This document shows positions 1-10,665 of a stretch of 64,000 bases of DNA, piece by piece. The DNA comes from Epiperipatus broadwayi. Its lineage: Eukaryota > Animalia > Onychophora. Under the pieces are notes generated by a model. It saw only the letters and a program-made list of their open reading frames with translations. It did not search any database and was not told the DNA's origin. Position numbers and translations under genes: made by a program. Numbering within the stretch: position 1 is the stretch's first letter; each line of letters starts with the position of its first letter. The stretch spans positions 7,068,001 to 7,132,000 of the forward strand of contig JAQFVV010000003.1 in the NCBI GenBank assembly GCA_028023455.1, given 5' to 3'.

Positions 1-142
1 AATATAAACTTTTTTGTATTTTTTGTAGTATTTTGTTTTTTGGTTTAGTTTCTAAATATTCTATGAATAAAACAACTAACAAACAAAAGAAAACCATACA
101 ACTGAATTAAAGATAAATTTAATAAAATTAGTTATAATTTAA

Positions 143-430
143 AAGATTTTCACATGACCCATTACTCTCAGTGCCGTCTCATATTGCTGACCCACATGAT
201 CACACACATGTTGAAAAGATAAATAATGACCAATATACGTATTTCATGCTAAACCAGTAATCATCAGTTGGTCTATTTATTGATGATTATTTATCTTTTC
301 AACATGTGTGTGATCATGTGGGTCAGCAATATGAGATGGCACTGAGAGTAGTGGCTCATGTAAAAGTCTGAGTTTCGAATCCTGTATATATTACATATAT
401 AAATGCAGGTTTAAGCCTGTACAATGTATT
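143..430. mobile_element. Family-2 hammerhead-containing short element, foldback (inverted) pair
   Basis: About 143-230 is the reverse complement of about 283-370. Both arms match the 59977-60561 copies. The left arm additionally carries the hammerhead on the minus strand. Confidence 0.85.
228..273 (-). ncRNA. Minimal type I hammerhead ribozyme (family 2), stem II damaged
   Basis: Minus strand reads GACCAA-CTGATGA-TTACT GGTTT AGCAT-GAAA-TACGTA-TA-TTGGTC. Stem I is 6 bp and perfect, the core is intact and the loop is palindromic, but stem II has two mismatches. Confidence 0.75.
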
Positions 431-539
431 AATTTAAAAGATTGTAAAAAAAAATATGTAATAAATATGAACAAATTTATAAGTTTTTTGTAGACAATTA
501 AAATTTTTCTGCAGAACAGCTGTTGAAAAACAATGCTCT

Positions 540-1290
540 AAAGTATGCTGATTATCAAAAGCCCAAATTTTAATAAAAGTTTTAATTTTGCAAGAACAAA
601 TTTTAAAATTTTATGAGGAACAACAAAATGATGTGAATGATTAGACAAAGAATTTTATAGAAATGCTGCATTTTTTGCATAATATTATGATAAAAAAATA
701 ATTTAAATATTTTTACAGGGTAAAACATATATATATATATGCAGCTAAAAGTCCAGGGGTTTAGAAGAAAATTAATATTTTTCAAAAATATTTTCTATAA
801 ATCAGAAATTTCCAACAACATTGCTCACAGTTAACAAACATGTTAAATTAATAGAAATATGTACTGAAAACTTTCAAGATTTCATAGTTATCCTGGATTC
901 CTTAATTAAAGAGTACAATGAAAAATTTTCTGATTTTGAAGAACATACTCTTGCAATGAAATTGGCATATGAACCATATTTGATTAATATCTTGAAAGCA
1001 TTCACAGAACTACAAATAGAATTGAATGACTTAGGGGGAAGTAAAATCATAAAGTCTCTTTTTAATACCAATAAAGATCCCCCATTGACATATAGAAAAA
1101 TGCCATTGAATACCCATATTTATATCAACATGCTCATCATCTTATATCTTGCTTTGCAGCTACATACTGTTGTGAATCAACTTTTTCATATCTCACACAA
1201 ATTAAAAATTATTGATGTTCATTTAAAAGAACATATTAAGCTGGATCCCAATATTCATTTTGTATCAAATAAAAAACAAAAATCTTATTA
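540..1290 (+). pseudogene. hAT (Charlie/SPIN/GTF2IRD2-like) transposase relic, C-terminal half; element end near 1630
   Basis: Motifs across frames: VC*LSKAQILIKVLILQEQILKFYEEQ (RWLS motif), EYNEKFSDFEEH...ELQIELNDL, EYPYLYQHAHHLISCFAATYCCESTFSYLTQIK (hAT dimerization domain) and HLKEH...PNI...KQKSY. TGTGGCC subterminal motifs lie at about 1577-1615. Confidence 0.75.
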
Positions 1291-2249
1291 AATTACTTAT
1301 CTATGATCTTTTAAAATAATAGGGTTTTTTTAATGTGGAATATACATACAAATATTTTATTTTTTATAAAAAGAAAATGTAAAATAATTATGATACATTT
1401 TCATTTAAATAATAATCTGGAAAGTTATTTATAATATTGATTATTTAATTTTATTTTTGTGTTGATATAAAAACCTTTCAGTAAGAATTATAGTTTAATG
1501 TACATCTTAATATGTAAAAAAAATTGCAGAAATAAAAGTACATTTTTTAGAACTAAGTATAGATCAGTTGGATTGGTGTGGCCTTTTCACTATTTCTAAG
1601 GAAGAATGTGGCCTTCTGTTTTAAAAAAGCAACACCACATGACTCTTAGCTTACTTTAACATTTGCATTAACACTACTAATCAATAATTATATCATGTTA
1701 TCCTGGAACCACTTATGTAAATGTAAACCAATCAGTTCTCCAGAATAGTTTCCAGCTATAGATCTTCATAAAGTTGGAATGAATTTACAATGTTGTAATG
1801 TTAACAGCTTTTAAATTATTAGCTTGAATAGTATAAAAAGAAGTAGCCACTGTAATGCTCATTAATGATAAAAGATAATATCCAAAAATTAATCTGGGCA
1901 TTTAGTTGATGCCATTGTTATCCTTCAGTTATTCATGCTTATATAATTGATCCAAAATAGAGTATCAGAGTAGTTCAATTATAGATATTAGATGTAACCT
2001 AAAAAAAATTACAGTGATATTTTGTTAAGGATATAATGTTAAACAGTCTGATTATAAAATTTCCAACCTTATTTATATCCTTTAATAGTTCATTGTTTAA
2101 TCTCATTCTTTTTTAAAAATTAATCAATTTTGGCCAACTTTATTTTATTTATGTAATGTTCTCATTTGATCTTTGCTTATGTTTTGTTGCATGTTTATAT
2201 TCTATGTTTCTTCTATTTCTTTATACCTAATTTTCTATTAAATTTGATT

Positions 2250-3560
2250 TTATAAACACTTTTACCCAAATCTATATTTGCTATTTTTTGTACTTCATTG
2301 TACTATTCTTATAGTCACATCCATCAAAGCATATTTGTATTTTCTTAATATACTATATAATATTTATACAATTTATATTTTTGTTTTTTTTTATTTGCCA
2401 TCCATACACTATTATCCATCTACTATATTTGATATTATTCCTTATATTCTCAAACATCTCTATTGTAAAAAAAGTTATGATCACTATAACACGATTTCTC
2501 TCATTTTTAAATCAAAAATATTAATTACACTTACTTTATTCATTCCTTTATTTACTAATATGTAATTTATTGTACTATTAAATCTATTTCTAGATCAAAT
2601 ATATTATTCTAAACTAGTTGTATTTCTATAAAATAAATTTTCTTAATTCCCAATATCCAAATCTACTCTCTAATAAAATACTTTTAATAATTGAACATTT
2701 CTAATTATAAAATACATTATTTTCCATGTGTTCATTTGTGTCTTTTATAATAAAAAATTATATTCCCTTTTTTTAAAAAAATCTGTATTTCTATAGCAAA
2801 CATTCATACAAATTCTTCATTTCTATTTCATATAGCCATTTACTCTACATTCAGCAATCCACTTCTGCCTTCCTAATTTTCTCTTAAGTCATATATATTT
2901 CTCACTCTTGACTGTGCTTAAAAATTATTTTGATATGCATCCTATATGCCTGTCATTCTTTCCTTTGTTCCCCCAATAACTTTCTTGCCAGCATAAATTT
3001 TCTAAAATATTTTTTCATTCTTTCATAAACATGGTTCCACTACAGTTATCATCTCAAATTTCATTATTAAATACCTCTTTTAATTCAAATCACTTATGTG
3101 ATCTTTTATGTCTCTTCCTTGCAAATTTATATACTCTATGATAATAATTTTCTCTCTTCTCACTACTCGTTTATAAGTTCTTTTCTACCAAGTCAGCAAA
3201 CTTATATTTTTTTTTATTATATTCTCACATCTAAAGAAATATCTTTTATTTTTTAATTTTCTCCCCTTGCAATATGTTGCTACTAAAAGAATAATCACCC
3301 ATTTATGTAAACATTAAATCTTTCTCCAAAATTATCCCTTTTAACCCCCCCCCTTACATGAATTTCCTCATACATAAAAAAATTATTAAAAGTCATATTT
3401 TAACATTTCATATCTTAGTTGTTATAAATGTATATCATCATTATTCTGCTTTTAAACTAAGCATAAAACATTTCCAAAACACAATTTTATTCTTCCCAAA
3501 TATTTCAAATACATTATATTCAAGAGATATATCTTTCCACTTTACAAATATCTCTATGTA
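2250..3560 (-). pseudogene. Heavily decayed non-LTR retrotransposon (LINE) RT relic
   Basis: Purine-rich minus strand with faint RT-like fragments (W..I..I.KG, IGEQ..R); many stops. Confidence 0.3.
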
Positions 3561-4489
3561 AGTAAGCATTAGATGCTATCATAACAGTACAGCCAGATTC
3601 ATATAGCAAACAATCAAAAATCACTGATAAGGATCTGTTTGTATTGCCAATTAATAACTTTTGGTTAGTCAGTGCTTAAATAAAATTTGTTTTAGAGTAA
3701 AAGAAAGAAAAAATTCTTTTCTAATAATAGAAATAATTATTAAACTTACCAAGTGAAAAGAAATTTATTTAAAATGTAACATCCTTTAATTGCAGATCAA
3801 AACATATATCTGAAAGAAACAAAAGATATATTAGAATTGTAGACAATTTATATAGATAGATAAAAGGATAAAACAGATTTAAATATCCTACTATGGGCAA
3901 AACTTTACCTGGCATCTTTTCACAGAGAAATAATAATGAATATAACATTCTTATTAGGATAATAAAATGTGTGTTAGTGAGGATTTTTTTTTCTAGCTAA
4001 CTAAATAGATATCTAATTACTGATTTATGATTGAATACTTAGATGTGTCTGAATCAGCTAGCTCAAAAATTTCTGTCCTACCAAGATTCAAACTTCAGAA
4101 AGTGATCATATTAAGCAGATATGCTAATTATTATATCATAAAATTTTTCATTACTTATTTTAAAAATCAAATTTTATTCATTATGTGCAATAAAAAAAAA
4201 GTACCCACAAAATAGAAAAACTTTATACATTATAAGTTCGCATTAACAATAAATATATAGACAAATGGTTAGTTAGTTATTCAGATGACACTTGAGAATC
4301 TGAAATATCAACTTGAGCCTCAGTCCAAGAATTTTTAACTTTTGAATCTATCACCTATTACTATTCTAATTTATATTAAACAAAAATTGGTTTTTACTAA
4401 GATTTAATCTTGAAACCTTCTTGATGCGTAATTGTAGATTCTAACTGCTACTTCTTACCAATGCAGATTACAAATAACATGAAATAACA

Positions 4490-5030
4490 TATTAAACAAT
4501 CCAAAACACAGCAAAACTCTCCATATAGTAGTGCCATCTTGTGCTAACAAGAGCAATCAATGGATGCCAGAAGGCTTGTGCATAAAATTCCTATCTAGTG
4601 CCTACTCATCCAATATCCCCAGACTAGTTTCTGGCTTGTGGCCTTCATCAGTGAGGAGCCTTGGATCTGAGAGCACTGCACCTAGATCTTAGGATCTAAT
4701 GCAACCCTCCAGCACCCACCTTTTAACTCTATTTAACTACAAAACTATGAGAATGAAATTGAAAACACTATTAATATTTTCAATCCAAGCTCAATAGCTT
4801 ATATAGTCATATGGGATACCCATACATTTTGGTGTCTTTGGCTCTTTAACAACCATAGCCACCATTATCCTATTATGCAGGATTGGTGTTAAACCACTAA
4901 ACATCACATGATCACTAACTCATACTAGCACAATAATTGTTATTAAAAAATCCAAAACACAGCAAAACTCTCCATATAGTAGTGCCATCTTGTGCTAACA
5001 AGAGCAATCAATGGATAGTGATCATGTGAT
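4490..5030. mobile_element. Family-1 hammerhead element cluster (minus-strand copy 4490-4715 plus partial direct and inverted pieces 4886-5030)
   Basis: The reverse complement of 4490-4715 matches 61288-61499. About 75 bp (4491-4565) is duplicated at about 4942-5016. The element 5' motif AAACCACTAAACATCACATGATCAC is on the plus strand at about 4890-4915. Confidence 0.85.
4608..4666 (-). ncRNA. Minimal type I hammerhead ribozyme (family 1)
   Basis: Minus strand ATCCAA GGC TCCTCA CTGATGA AGGC CACAA GCCA GAAA CTAG TC TGGGGA TA TTGGAT. Identical to the 61345 copy except for an A.A mismatch at the base of stem II. Confidence 0.8.
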
Positions 5031-5067
5031 GAAATAACATAGTTAACACATGAAACAAAATATATAA

Positions 5068-6691
5068 TGTGACACGACAACTTTCTTTCTTCCCCTACTA
5101 ACTGAATTTTAGTTATTAGAATCGTCGTCGAGGGCGCCACCAAGGATTTCTCTCTTGGAACCTGGTCACGTAACTTTACATAAACCTGGTCTTTATTTAT
5201 TTTTGAATGACGATTCACTGATTATAAACTTTGATTATAATCTCACAGGGGTTTTCCTTTAAGAACACTAACTAATTATTATAAATAATTCAAGAATTCA
5301 AGAATACGTTGGACAAAAAAAACTTTTAATTTCTTTTACTACTATTTATTATTAATAACCTTATAATTCTATCTGATCCAGAAAGAACTGACTTATAATT
5401 TCTGATTTTCCCTCTGTTTACTTTCTAATTATGCTTCCCAAATATTTACCATAGATTTACTCGCGCCTACACTAATACTGCGAATTCTAGCAGACGTGTA
5501 TATAAGATGACTTATAGTATTTTTAATCTTTCCTGAAGTTTATTTTTAAACTCCACTTTCTTTGGTAAATAAATAAATTGCAAAAATCTTACAATGAACG
5601 TATAAGTGTCTTTCGTTTTCTTATACTTTCAATTCTTTCCTTATTTTCTACTAACAAACGAGTAATGCCCCAAGGTTCTCTGTTACTTGGCGACGCACTT
5701 TTATACCCCCACCCTGTTGTTACTCTCTAGATCGAATAGATATTAAATAATTTAAAATACAGTTATTCCAATATTTCAAAAAAAAAATATTGAACGAAAA
5801 TTAACATTAATAGATTACAATATTAAACAAATTTATTTTCCCCCCTCTATTGTTGAAACATTCGTAATAAACATAATAAATGAAAATTAAATTAAAGATA
5901 AAGTTCTATTACGCTTTACTTAGAGTTCTCATTAATTGAAACGTTATAATTACCCTGATCGATCAGAGTGGAGTGGCCTGATTTTCATAGGTTTTACATT
6001 CCATTGGTCGTGCCTTTGTCCTTGTACATGCGAATTCCATGAGTGTTCCTTTGGTTGTCCGGCTAGCAATATCCGTTTCTTCCATTCCATAACTTTCGAT
6101 AGCTTCATTCAGATGGAGTGGTGGTCAATTCCCCAAAGGGGAAGGTTGTGATAACTTTAGCCGCTATACATTTGACAAGAGTCCGCAAAATTAAATTTCA
6201 ATAATAATAATTTTTATTGTTCGAAACACAGCTGCTTTCTTTATTGTCCTAGCTGGTCTCTAAAGTCAAGTCAACTGATCTCTCTAAAAGCGATCTTATC
6301 TCCACTCTTTCTTATCTTTTTTTTTTTAATTAGCGTAATAGCAATTACTAACCAAATATTTTTACTTTGTGAAAGTTTCAACAATAGAGTATAATTACTA
6401 CCAAGAATCTAATTTTGTTTTCTTTTCCCCACCCTTTTATCTCTCGAATTTTTCTCCCTTTTAATTAAACACTTTTAACATTTTTTTTTTTTTTAATAAA
6501 TTATATTCAATTTTATTTGTTTATCTCAAAATAAAAGTTCAAAATTTTTACCCTTTCCATTAAATCAAAACCATTTGTTAATTAATTTTTTTTTTTCATT
6601 TTACAAACTATTTAACTTCAAAAATATTTATGACAAATTATAAATATGTGAGCTTATATATATATATGAGCTGACTTAAAATATCAGCTCA
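5068..6691 (-). repeat. 3' LTR (1624 bp)
   Basis: About 99% identical to 10666-12285 by visual alignment. Confidence 0.95.
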
Positions 6692-6731
6692 TTGCCCCAT
6701 TTGTCATAAAAAAACAATAAAAAAAAAAACT

Positions 6732-9228
6732 TTAATTGCCCTGCAGTGACTTGTCCCCTTCCCCCTTATAAGGTTTTAAAGATCTTGCATTATACGCTCC
6801 CTTCTTACCTTTCTTTCCTAGAATCATGAATGCATTGGGACCGCATTTTTGAATGATTTTGTACGGACCTTCAAATAAAGGGAAAAATTTCTTATATTGC
6901 TTCTCGCTCATTTTACTCACAGGCTGGGTTTTGACATAAACCCAATCTCCTATCTTAAAATGTACTGGACTATTATTCCCTCTTTTCTTTCACTGTTCAG
7001 CTTTTTTTTTAATCTCTCTCTGGCGCAACTTCGATCCTTCACTATGTCTACTGTTTCATTCTCGGGGGGCAAACGACACTTGAGAAGAGAAGGTTCCAGA
7101 TAGCCATAATGTAATCATTCAGGGGCAAACCCCATAGACTCGTGGTACGTGCAATTAATAATTTTCACTATTTGAGGAAGTACTTTCACCCAATGTTTAT
7201 GATTTTCCTTCAAATGTGCCCGAAATAAGTTTCCCAATTCCTTCATAACCCTTTTACTTGGGTTAGATTGGGGATTTCTTATAGAGGTTAAGATATGGTG
7301 TATGTTTTCCTGTTTTATCCAACTTTTCCATTCCCTGGATATAAATGGCATCCCATGGTCACTCAAAATTGCACGTGGTCTTCCCACCTGAACGAATTGT
7401 TTCTTCTTTAACACAGCAATAGAATTTTTTGTATTGGCTTTGTGCAATGGATAAGCCCGTACCAGCTTTGAAAACACATCGAATGTCACCAAGATATATT
7501 TATATCAACGAAACGAAGGTAATGGGCCATAAAAATCGATGGCCAACAATTCATTTGGGTTTTGGGCTATAATAGGAGTCAATATTCCCGCATAATTTTT
7601 ATTCGCCGGTTTATTTTGTCTGCATCCATGGCACATCTGAAGTGTATTAATAATCAACCTATACATATTTGGCCAATAATACCACCTCTGTAAAATTTTA
7701 TTCACTTTAAGTGCACCATAGTGTCCATATGTCCTATGTACATAATTTATTAAGCGCATTCTTAAGCTTTTGGGTATGACTATTCTCCAGTAATCGGTTC
7801 CTTCTTTGACCTGAAACATCAATGTTCCATTTATCATTTTATACCGATTTATTCTATTATTATTTTTTTTGCGTCGGTTTGCTTGCGTAGGTCGGTATCA
7901 TTGTAACGTTGTATTATCTTTTTGCATGTGGGATCGGATGACTGAAAAATTTTTATCCTCTTCATGTCCCTTTCCATCGACATATCCGCATCTATTATAA
8001 GTGGAGTTAACCGTGCTCCCTCTAATGTTAAATTTTGGCCTGTATCCGGTACCGGATTTTGGCTCAATATGTCTGGCACGATATTTTCCTTCCCTGAGCA
8101 ATGAACCACTCGGTAGTTAAATCTTTGTAAATATAACACCCACCTTATAAGCCTATCGTTTGTTAAGTAGCATTTATTTATAAACTCTAGACTCTTGTGA
8201 TCCGTAATAATAATAATCTTGGATCCTAATAGTAAATGTTTAAGTTTATTTAACGCCCATATGATGGCCAGTGCTTCTCTTTCTGTAGTCGTATAATTTC
8301 TTTCTGCAGAGCTTAAATTTCTACTTAAAAAATACAAGACTTGCGGTTTTTTTTCTTTATTCTCTTGAAATAATACAGCCCCCAACCCCACTTTACTGCT
8401 GTCGGTCTGGAGCATAAAAGGTTTATTAAAATCCGGGTATGCGAGTATGACGTTTTTTTCAAAATTTTCTTTAATTTTGCTGAATGCCTCGCTTTGTTTT
8501 TTAGTCCACTCCCACCTGCTTTCTTTTCTAAGCAATTGTAAAAGTGCCTCCGTGTCTACAGAAAATTTCTCGTAAAACCTCTGATAAAAAACCACATAGG
8601 CCTAAGAATGACCTAATTTGTTTTTTATTCTTAGGTTGAGGAAAACGACTTATAGCGTCAATCTTATCAGGATGAGGTCTCACTCCTTGAGCACAAACGA
8701 AATGCCCTAAAAACAAAATTTCTTTTTGCAATATATTACTTTTTTTTAGATTTATCATCATATTTTCTGCTGGCATTCTTGAAAAAATATATTTAAACTT
8801 TCCAAATGTTCTTGAGGTGACCGTGATGCTATAACAACGTCATCCATATAATATACAATAAGTTGTTTTACCCTATCGGATAACACCTGGTCCAAACATC
8901 GAAGCAACCCTGACCCACTGTTAACTAACCCAAATGGCACTCGCTGAAACACATATGTATATCCCTCATATCTAAATGCGGTGTATTTTTGGTCTTCTAT
9001 ATGTAATGGCATCTGCCAATAACTCGATGCTAGATCGAAAGACGAAAAATATTTCTTCTCTCGGAATTCCAATAGTAAGTCTGTGATACGCGGCGGCACA
9101 TCTCTATCAGGAATCGTAATGGCGTTTAACTGATGCGCGTCTAAACACACTCTCATTGAACCGTCTTTTTTTTTACTATCACCAGAGGATTTATATATGG
9201 GGATTGCTGTTTTTTTATGATACCCCAT
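6732..9228 (-). pseudogene. pol: Gypsy pol (RT, RNase H, integrase) broken into several frames
   Basis: RT motifs FDLASSYWQ, PFGL, YMDD and FLGH; RNase H LQTDSS...ERNY...EALA...TDH; integrase HHCC region (H...GH...C..C), core and GPY motif (FEGPYKII). Split over ORFs 8758-9228, 8528-8776, 7849-8595, 7505-7837, 7115-7492 and 6732-6920. Confidence 0.95.
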
Positions 9229-10463
9229 TTTTCCATCTGTTGTATTTGTTTGTCTACTTCACTTTTATATTTAACTGGAATGGGATATGACCTGCCCTGG
9301 AAGTGAGTCTCTGTTTTTACTTTGATACGATGCGTATAGCCCTTTATAATCCCAGGATTCATAGCAAACACTTGTTTGTGCCGCTGCAATATCTCTCTAA
9401 GTTGGTCTTTCCCTTCACTATTATCCTTTTCTAATTTGCTTACTTTATCGTCTATCTCCATATCAATATCATCTACTCTCACACATACTATCCTATTGCT
9501 TAGTTTATTACGATCACTAAAGGGTACTTTTTCATTTTTTATTATTACTACCTTTTCATTAAAATTGATTTTTGTCCCCGTTTGATACATAAAGTCAGAC
9601 CCCAGTATCATATCTTCTATTAAACCTGGCATAGATAATAGCGTATGTTGTATTATATTTTTTTTTCCCACTTGTATTTCTCCATATACTTGCACGGGGT
9701 CAAGTTTGACTTTTTTCCCATTTGCCATAGTTATTTCCGATTTCTTTAATGGTAATGTATGCAGTGATCCCTTCTGACTTCTGATTTGATTGAGCATTTT
9801 GTTCGAGATTATGGAGACCTGACTTCCCGAGTCCAACAGAGCTTGTACTTCAATCCCCTGTAATTTTACTGCAATTACAGGGCACGTTTGCTCCGCCATT
9901 GTCTGAATTTTTTCTTCTTCTATAATAACATTTAATAATTTGAGATGCGTTTCTTCTCCCTCTTCTTGTTGCTGTATGTTTTCCTCATCCGTTAGTGCTT
10001 CCAAGACTTCTTCTAACCCTTCGTGTATGCACGTCTTTAACCTATTCCGTATATTTCTTGGCATATTTCTGCTTATTATATTCATAATCTGGCATTCTGG
10101 AATCGGATATTCAATTACTCTTCTTAACTTCGTCATTTGTCTCAAGAAAAATTGTCTATACCCCATCCCCTTTTCTTTTGAATATTTTTCCGTTTCTACG
10201 TCCCTTTGTAATCTTTCTTGCCTTTCTATGTTCCAAAATCTTCGTATCAGAGCTTTAGTGTACTGTTTAAAGCTATCGGGCTTCTCATATATAGTTCTCC
10301 ACCATTCTCTTGCTGTGCCTTCCAGATAGCTACTTGCTATGATTATTTTTACCTTCTCTCCTACTTTGTATATATCAAAACACTCTTCTAAACTTTCTAT
10401 GTGTTCGAATAATGTTTCCTCATTTTTCCCTTCGAAAATTATTATCTCCATTCCGTCTTGCAT
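9153..10463 (-). CDS. gag: Gypsy gag-protease ORF (runs in frame into the RT N-terminus, then frameshifts)
   Basis: 436-aa ORF with a retrotransposon-gag-like N-terminus, aspartic protease ALLDSGSQVSII, and the RT start WGIIKKQQSPYINPLVIVKKK. Confidence 0.9.
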   Translation of the reverse strand: MQDGMEIIIFEGKNEETLFEHIESLEECFDIYKVGEKVKIIIASSYLEGTAREWWRTIYEKPDSFKQYTKALIRRFWNIERQERLQRDVETEKYSKEKGMGYRQFFLRQMTKLRRVIEYPIPECQIMNIISRNMPRNIRNRLKTCIHEGLEEVLEALTDEENIQQQEEGEETHLKLLNVIIEEEKIQTMAEQTCPVIAVKLQGIEVQALLDSGSQVSIISNKMLNQIRSQKGSLHTLPLKKSEITMANGKKVKLDPVQVYGEIQVGKKNIIQHTLLSMPGLIEDMILGSDFMYQTGTKINFNEKVVIIKNEKVPFSDRNKLSNRIVCVRVDDIDMEIDDKVSKLEKDNSEGKDQLREILQRHKQVFAMNPGIIKGYTHRIKVKTETHFQGRSYPIPVKYKSEVDKQIQQMEKWGIIKKQQSPYINPLVIVKKKTVQ

Positions 10464-10612
10464 TTTTACTCGAGTTATATTTTCAATTATTTCCTATAGT
10501 ACTAACTCCCTCTGATGGAGTCCTGACCCCGTAATCCCATCTGAAATCCACCCCCTTACTAAAAAATTTACTCTCTCTTTTAACTCTAATCTCTGGGCGT
10601 TTCTCTTGTTAA

Positions 10613-10637
10613 CGAGCCCGACACGTTGGAAGCACCA
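10613..10637 (-). promoter_or_regulatory. Primer-binding-site-like sequence (tRNA-Lys CTT-like)
   Basis: Minus strand TGGTGC-TT-CCAACGTG-TC-GGGCTCG versus the Lys(CTT) PBS TGGCGC-CCAACGTG-GGGCTCG (recalled from memory). Lies 28 nt from the repeat boundary. Confidence 0.55.
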
Positions 10638-10665
10638 TTTTCTAACTTCCCCCCCCTCACTCCTC

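Noticed and set aside
5121-5145. TGGCGCCC (PBS-like) inside the LTR near its 3' end (minus strand)
   Set aside because: Only 8 nt match a Lys PBS, and it lies within the repeated region of both LTRs; not enough to call a second PBS.
5936-6151. 71-aa and 86-aa Cys/Trp-rich plus-strand ORFs in the LTRs (5936-6151, 11532-11792)
   Set aside because: Antisense to the element, start at TTG, and differ in frame between the two LTRs; no recognisable domain.
9940-10329. 129-aa plus-strand ORF antisense to gag
   Set aside because: Typical shadow ORF of a purine-rich coding strand.
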